The translations under genes were made by a program, and so were the position numbers. A DNA stretch of 20,274 nucleotides from an uncultured archaeon (GTDB lineage: Archaea; Asgardarchaeota; Thorarchaeia; Thorarchaeales; Thorarchaeaceae), in contig CAYWJO010000005.1 in NCBI GenBank assembly GCA_964458565.1, positions 1-20,274 of the forward strand. Direction: 5' to 3'. The notes beneath the pieces are model-generated. The model made no database searches. It was not told the DNA's origin and worked only from the letters and a program-made list of their open reading frames with translations. The stretch's first letter is position 1, and each line of letters begins with the position of its first letter. Shown here one piece after another: positions 17,152 to 20,274 of this stretch.

Positions 17152-17790
17152 TTGTCAGATAACAATGAAGACAATCCAGATTTTGTTCCAATTGAGGAAC
17201 TAGAGGATGGCATAGCAGAAGAACCACTTGAGATTGAAGAAGAACCTGCTAGTGTAATCTTTGACGGAGAGAAAGGATATGTCAACAGAGAAGAGTCTGA
17301 CAGAATATCTCAACAGGGATTCTATGGGACGCGTCTTGAAGATGGCAGGCTCGAGTTAGAATCTGTCGAACTTCTCCATCTGATAGAGAGAAAGCGGGTC
17401 ATCGTTGCAGCCAAAGATGGTTCTCCAATAGATGCGAGAGATATAGTCAACCTCTTGCTCCCAAAAGACCCAGACCTGTGGATACGATATCTGGTATTTC
17501 GTGATTTAAGAAGTAGAGGCTATGCAGTACGTCAAGGATTTGGGGGAGGAATTGGTTTTAGAGTCTATGCACGTGGAGAGAAACCTGGAATTGCGAGTGC
17601 AGACCAATTAGTGTATATATTGAAGGAGGGTGTGCCAATTTCGCTTCATGACCTTGATAATATCACTGAAACATCTAATGCAGCACGTAAGAAACTGATT
17701 TTTGCACTTGTTGATCAGATTGGAGAAGTGAATTACTATAGGGTGGCACAGACAATTTTACGTGATAGGAGTGTAAAGCCAGATGAATGA
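17152..17790 (+). CDS. endA: tRNA splicing endonuclease (EndA)-family subunit, probably structural/non-catalytic
   Basis: GFYG, LESVELLHL, YLVFRDLRSRGY, FRVYARG, RKKLIFALVD...VNYY. The catalytic His position appears to be Ser and GxKYG is GFGGG. Acidic N-terminal extension; TTG start. Confidence 0.8.
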   Translation: MSDNNEDNPDFVPIEELEDGIAEEPLEIEEEPASVIFDGEKGYVNREESDRISQQGFYGTRLEDGRLELESVELLHLIERKRVIVAAKDGSPIDARDIVNLLLPKDPDLWIRYLVFRDLRSRGYAVRQGFGGGIGFRVYARGEKPGIASADQLVYILKEGVPISLHDLDNITETSNAARKKLIFALVDQIGEVNYYRVAQTILRDRSVKPDE

Positions 17791-19054
17791 TGATTGGGAT
17801 GACTTTGAATATGATGAAGATATTATGACGTTGAAGGCATTCTTTGACGATCATACAATGAGTGTTCATCTCATAGAGAAGAATCCACCTCGTGCAAAGA
17901 GAGGAGAACCTGGCAATTGGGAGCTTGTAAAGCTCTCTGAAAGGATACTCACCTTTGAAGAACTGGATGCTCTTTCTGAGGCAATAATGGAGATAGCTAG
18001 AAATGATCCTGAATCATTCATCGAAATAGAGGAAGAAGGCGCAGCCGTGGTGCAACTCCGAAATCTTAGAATTGCGATAGCCACACGTCCGTTTGCGGAC
18101 AAGATGGAAATCTCAGCCATTCGGCCAATTGTTAAGTTGAGCATCGAGGATTATCATCTGAGCTCCAAACTCATAAACAGACTTGAATCACGGGCAGAGG
18201 GAATTCTGGTTTCAGGATCTCCGGGTTCTGGGAAGAGTACCTTTGCCGCAGCTCTTGCGGAGTTTTATGCTAGTAAAGGAAATGTAGTAAAGACCTTAGA
18301 GCAACCTAGAGACCTTCAGGTAGAAGAAGCGATTGTGCAATATTCCCCATTAGATGGTAGCATGGAAAAAGCTGCTGATATTCTGTTGCTTGTACGCCCA
18401 GATTTTGTCATCTACGATGAGCTTCGAAAGAATGCAGACTTTGCAGCCTATGCTGACCTGCGGTCAGCTGGTGTTGGTATGGTTGGAGTTGTTCATGCGG
18501 GTTCGTCAATAGATGCCTTACAAAGACTCCTTCTAGGTGGACGAGTTGAGCTTGGACAGGTCCCAAGTACTGTTGATACCGTTATTCAGATTGAAGCAGG
18601 TCAGGTTGCAAAAGTTTCTTCATTGTCCTTAAAGGTGAAACTTCCCACAGGAATGGGAGGAAATCAGCGAGATTTGGCAAGACCTGTTGTTGAAGTACGT
18701 GATTTTGAAGGTGGTATCTTGGAATATGAGATGTTCACCTTTGGCGGCGAGAAAGTTGTTGTGCCTGTAAGAAGCGGAATTCAAACAAGAGATAGCAGAT
18801 CAAGACCAAGCGGCGCAAAACCTGGTGAAACAGTTCCAGTTTCGGTAAGTTATTCCAAGAAGAAAGTGACAATATATGCAGGTCGAAAATATTCAAAGCA
18901 GAGAATTGAGATCTTCGCAGATGATTCGTATCTCTTCACAACAGTTGTTGGTCGAAATGGTGAGAGTTCGATTCGTATCAAAACAAGACAGGGTAGCACT
19001 TTGGTAGATGCATTAGAAGAAGGTGCAATTGTCACAGCTAAGATTGCTCAGTGA
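17783..19054 (+). CDS. PINA-like (PilT/VirB11-type) ATPase lacking the N-terminal PIN domain
   Basis: FFDDHTMSVHL...AKRGEPG, EISAIRP, Walker A GSPGSGKST, TLEQPRDLQV, LLLVRPDFVIYDELR, GVGMVGVVHA, DLARPVVEVRDF, YEMFTFG; overlaps the endA end by 8 nt. Confidence 0.82.
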   Translation: MNDDWDDFEYDEDIMTLKAFFDDHTMSVHLIEKNPPRAKRGEPGNWELVKLSERILTFEELDALSEAIMEIARNDPESFIEIEEEGAAVVQLRNLRIAIATRPFADKMEISAIRPIVKLSIEDYHLSSKLINRLESRAEGILVSGSPGSGKSTFAAALAEFYASKGNVVKTLEQPRDLQVEEAIVQYSPLDGSMEKAADILLLVRPDFVIYDELRKNADFAAYADLRSAGVGMVGVVHAGSSIDALQRLLLGGRVELGQVPSTVDTVIQIEAGQVAKVSSLSLKVKLPTGMGGNQRDLARPVVEVRDFEGGILEYEMFTFGGEKVVVPVRSGIQTRDSRSRPSGAKPGETVPVSVSYSKKKVTIYAGRKYSKQRIEIFADDSYLFTTVVGRNGESSIRIKTRQGSTLVDALEEGAIVTAKIAQ

Positions 19055-19066
19055 TTTCGAAACTGC

Positions 19067-19080
19067 AAAAGCTTTAACAA
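19067..19080 (+). promoter_or_regulatory. Putative BRE/TATA promoter of tRNA-Arg(CCU)
   Basis: AAAAGCTTTAACAA about 26-39 nt upstream of the mature tRNA 5' end. Confidence 0.45.
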
Positions 19081-19105
19081 CTGATAACTAACTCGACTGG
19101 GTTTA

Positions 19106-19183
19106 GGGCCCGTGACCTAGTATGGATAAGGTACTTGCCTCCTAAGCAAGGCATCCCAGGTTCAAATCCTGGCGGGCCCGCCA
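19106..19183 (+). tRNA. tRNA-Arg(CCU), intronless, CCA encoded
   Basis: GGGCCCG...CGGGCCC-G-CCA acceptor stem; anticodon arm CTTGC-CTCCTAA-GCAAG; T arm CCAGG-TTCAAAT-CCTGG. Confidence 0.96.
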
Positions 19184-19185
19184 TT

Positions 19186-19869
19186 CTATTTCTTAAGTAT
19201 GTATGAACCTTCATTTGTACCCACATGTACCTCATCAGTCATTCCTACGAAAAGTCCAGTTTCTACAATCCCAGGAATCATCTTCAGGTCCACTGCAACC
19301 TTTTTGGGATCATTTATTGGCTCAGGAAACTTGAGATCAAGAATGAAATTACCATTATCAGTTATTACAGGACCCATCTTTCGTTCGGCTTGACGAATAT
19401 TGGGTTTAATCCCCATGCTCTCAATTTTTCTTTTTACCACTCCCAAAGAAAAGGGTAAGATTTCTACAGGAATCAAGAAGCGTGTTGCCAGTTTATCCAC
19501 GAGTTTTGTTTCATCTACGATAATTATCAAACGTTCTGATGCAGATGCAACAATTTTCTCTTGGAATAATGCTCCACCACCACCCTTGGTAAGATTGAGA
19601 TTCTTATCCACCTCATCGGCACCATCGATTGTTAATAGTAATGAAGGTGCAATATCTAGATTTGTAAGAGGAATCTTGTGTTCAATTGCAAGTTGATATG
19701 CTTGGTATGAACTTGGAACAACACTAACATCTACCTCTCCCTCAACAATCTGACGACCAAGTTCCTTAGCAAGGATTGCTACAGTTGATCCACTCCCAAG
19801 ACCTAAGACACCCTGTTTTGGAATGAGCTTGATTGCACTTTTTGCCGCATTGAGTTTTGCATTAGACAT
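19186..19869 (-). CDS. rpiA: Ribose-5-phosphate isomerase A
   Basis: GLGSGSTV, IDGADEVD, KGGGGALFQEKIVA, PVEI, GPVITDNGNFILD, IPGIVETGLF. Confidence 0.96.
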   Translation of the reverse strand: MSNAKLNAAKSAIKLIPKQGVLGLGSGSTVAILAKELGRQIVEGEVDVSVVPSSYQAYQLAIEHKIPLTNLDIAPSLLLTIDGADEVDKNLNLTKGGGGALFQEKIVASASERLIIIVDETKLVDKLATRFLIPVEILPFSLGVVKRKIESMGIKPNIRQAERKMGPVITDNGNFILDLKFPEPINDPKKVAVDLKMIPGIVETGLFVGMTDEVHVGTNEGSYILKK

Positions 19870-20001
19870 GTCAATCTATTCCGTCAAACTATAGGATATA
19901 TTTCTCATTAACCTCTTCAAAAAACCTTCCTAGAGGCTAAAAGGGACTTCTGTCATCACTTATTTTAATTTTAAGAAAAAGAGAGTTTGAGGGGGATTAT
20001 T

Positions 20002-20274
20002 CTAGTCCCCACTCATGAGGGATTTGAGACGCTCCATTTCTGCAAGCATCTCTGATTGGAGTGAACTCTTACCACCACTTGGCACATCACCACTAGGAGG
20101 ACTTGCAGCACCTGGAGGCCCCGAGGGTGTTCCACCGCCGGGAGTTCCTCCTCCTGGAACTCCACCGCCTGGGGGTCCTCCTCCGGGAGCTCCACCGCCT
20201 GGGGGTCCTCCTCCGGGAACTCCACCGCCTGGGGGTCCTCCTCCGGGAGCTCCACCGCCTGGGGGTCCTCCTCC
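20002..20274 (-). CDS. C-terminus of a Gly/Pro-rich protein (5' truncated) ending in an amphipathic helix; different frame from the ORF-track call
   Basis: The frame from 20274 reads GGGPPGGGAPGGGPPGGGVPGGGPPGGGAPGGGPPGGGVPGGGTPGGGTPSGPPGAASPPSGDVPSGGKSSLQSEMLAEMERLKSLMSGD* (TAG at 20002-20004), followed by a T-rich tract on the minus strand. Confidence 0.72.
   Translation of the reverse strand, partial: GGGPPGGGAPGGGPPGGGVPGGGPPGGGAPGGGPPGGGVPGGGTPGGGTPSGPPGAASPPSGDVPSGGKSSLQSEMLAEMERLKSLMSGD
20128..20274. repeat. GC-rich 30-bp coding tandem repeat (alternating variants give a 60-bp higher-order period), runs off the window
   Basis: Unit CTCCACCGCCTGGGGGTCCTCCTCCGGGA(A/G), about four near-perfect copies plus one degenerate copy; no unique spacers. 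Confidence 0.92.

Noticed and set aside
1803-19696. Remaining short ORF-track entries overlapping long genes (e.g. 1803-2072, 2163-2408, 5452-5658, 7396-7677, 10818-11144, 16821-17129, 17028-17285, 19400-19696)
   Set aside because: They lie antisense or out of frame within well-supported genes and show no recognisable motifs.
20013-20255. ORF-track protein MELPEEDPQAVEF... (80 aa)
   Set aside because: Alternative frame of the tandem repeat. The Gly/Pro frame is open from the window edge and ends in a more protein-like helix, so it is preferred.
20128-20274. Possible CRISPR array (about 30-bp repeats)
   Set aside because: Repeats are head-to-tail without unique spacers, keep a reading frame, and no cas genes are present.

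Overview
AT-rich archaeal chromosomal window. Asgard, possibly Thorarchaeia, is an inference from the 'IDLSPL'-type LRR protein, archaeal EndA/PINA homologues, CCA-encoded archaeal tRNAs and a Gly/Pro-rich protein. Left part: a truncated Cys-motif (DUF6144-like) gene, a flavodiiron protein (FprA) plus a CxxC-less TrxB/FNR-type reductase, a SagB-type nitroreductase, a tandem GNAT and an orphan DUF1156-type DNA methyltransferase. Middle: a four-gene minus-strand ECF transporter operon in which both the S component and a membrane-anchored metallophosphoesterase carry a C-terminal sulfite-oxidase (molybdopterin-binding)-like domain lacking the metal-ligating Cys, with a kinase-fold gene upstream. 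This is the best candidate for an undescribed system. Right part: small genes, an ICMT-family protein, tRNA-Arg(UCG), an LRR protein, mtnA, hycI, a probably non-catalytic EndA subunit coupled to a PIN-less PINA ATPase, tRNA-Arg(CCU), rpiA and the 3' end of a (GGGPP/GGGxP)n protein. Two genes appear to start at CTG. No CRISPR array or transposase was seen. All family assignments come from motif recognition, not database searches.
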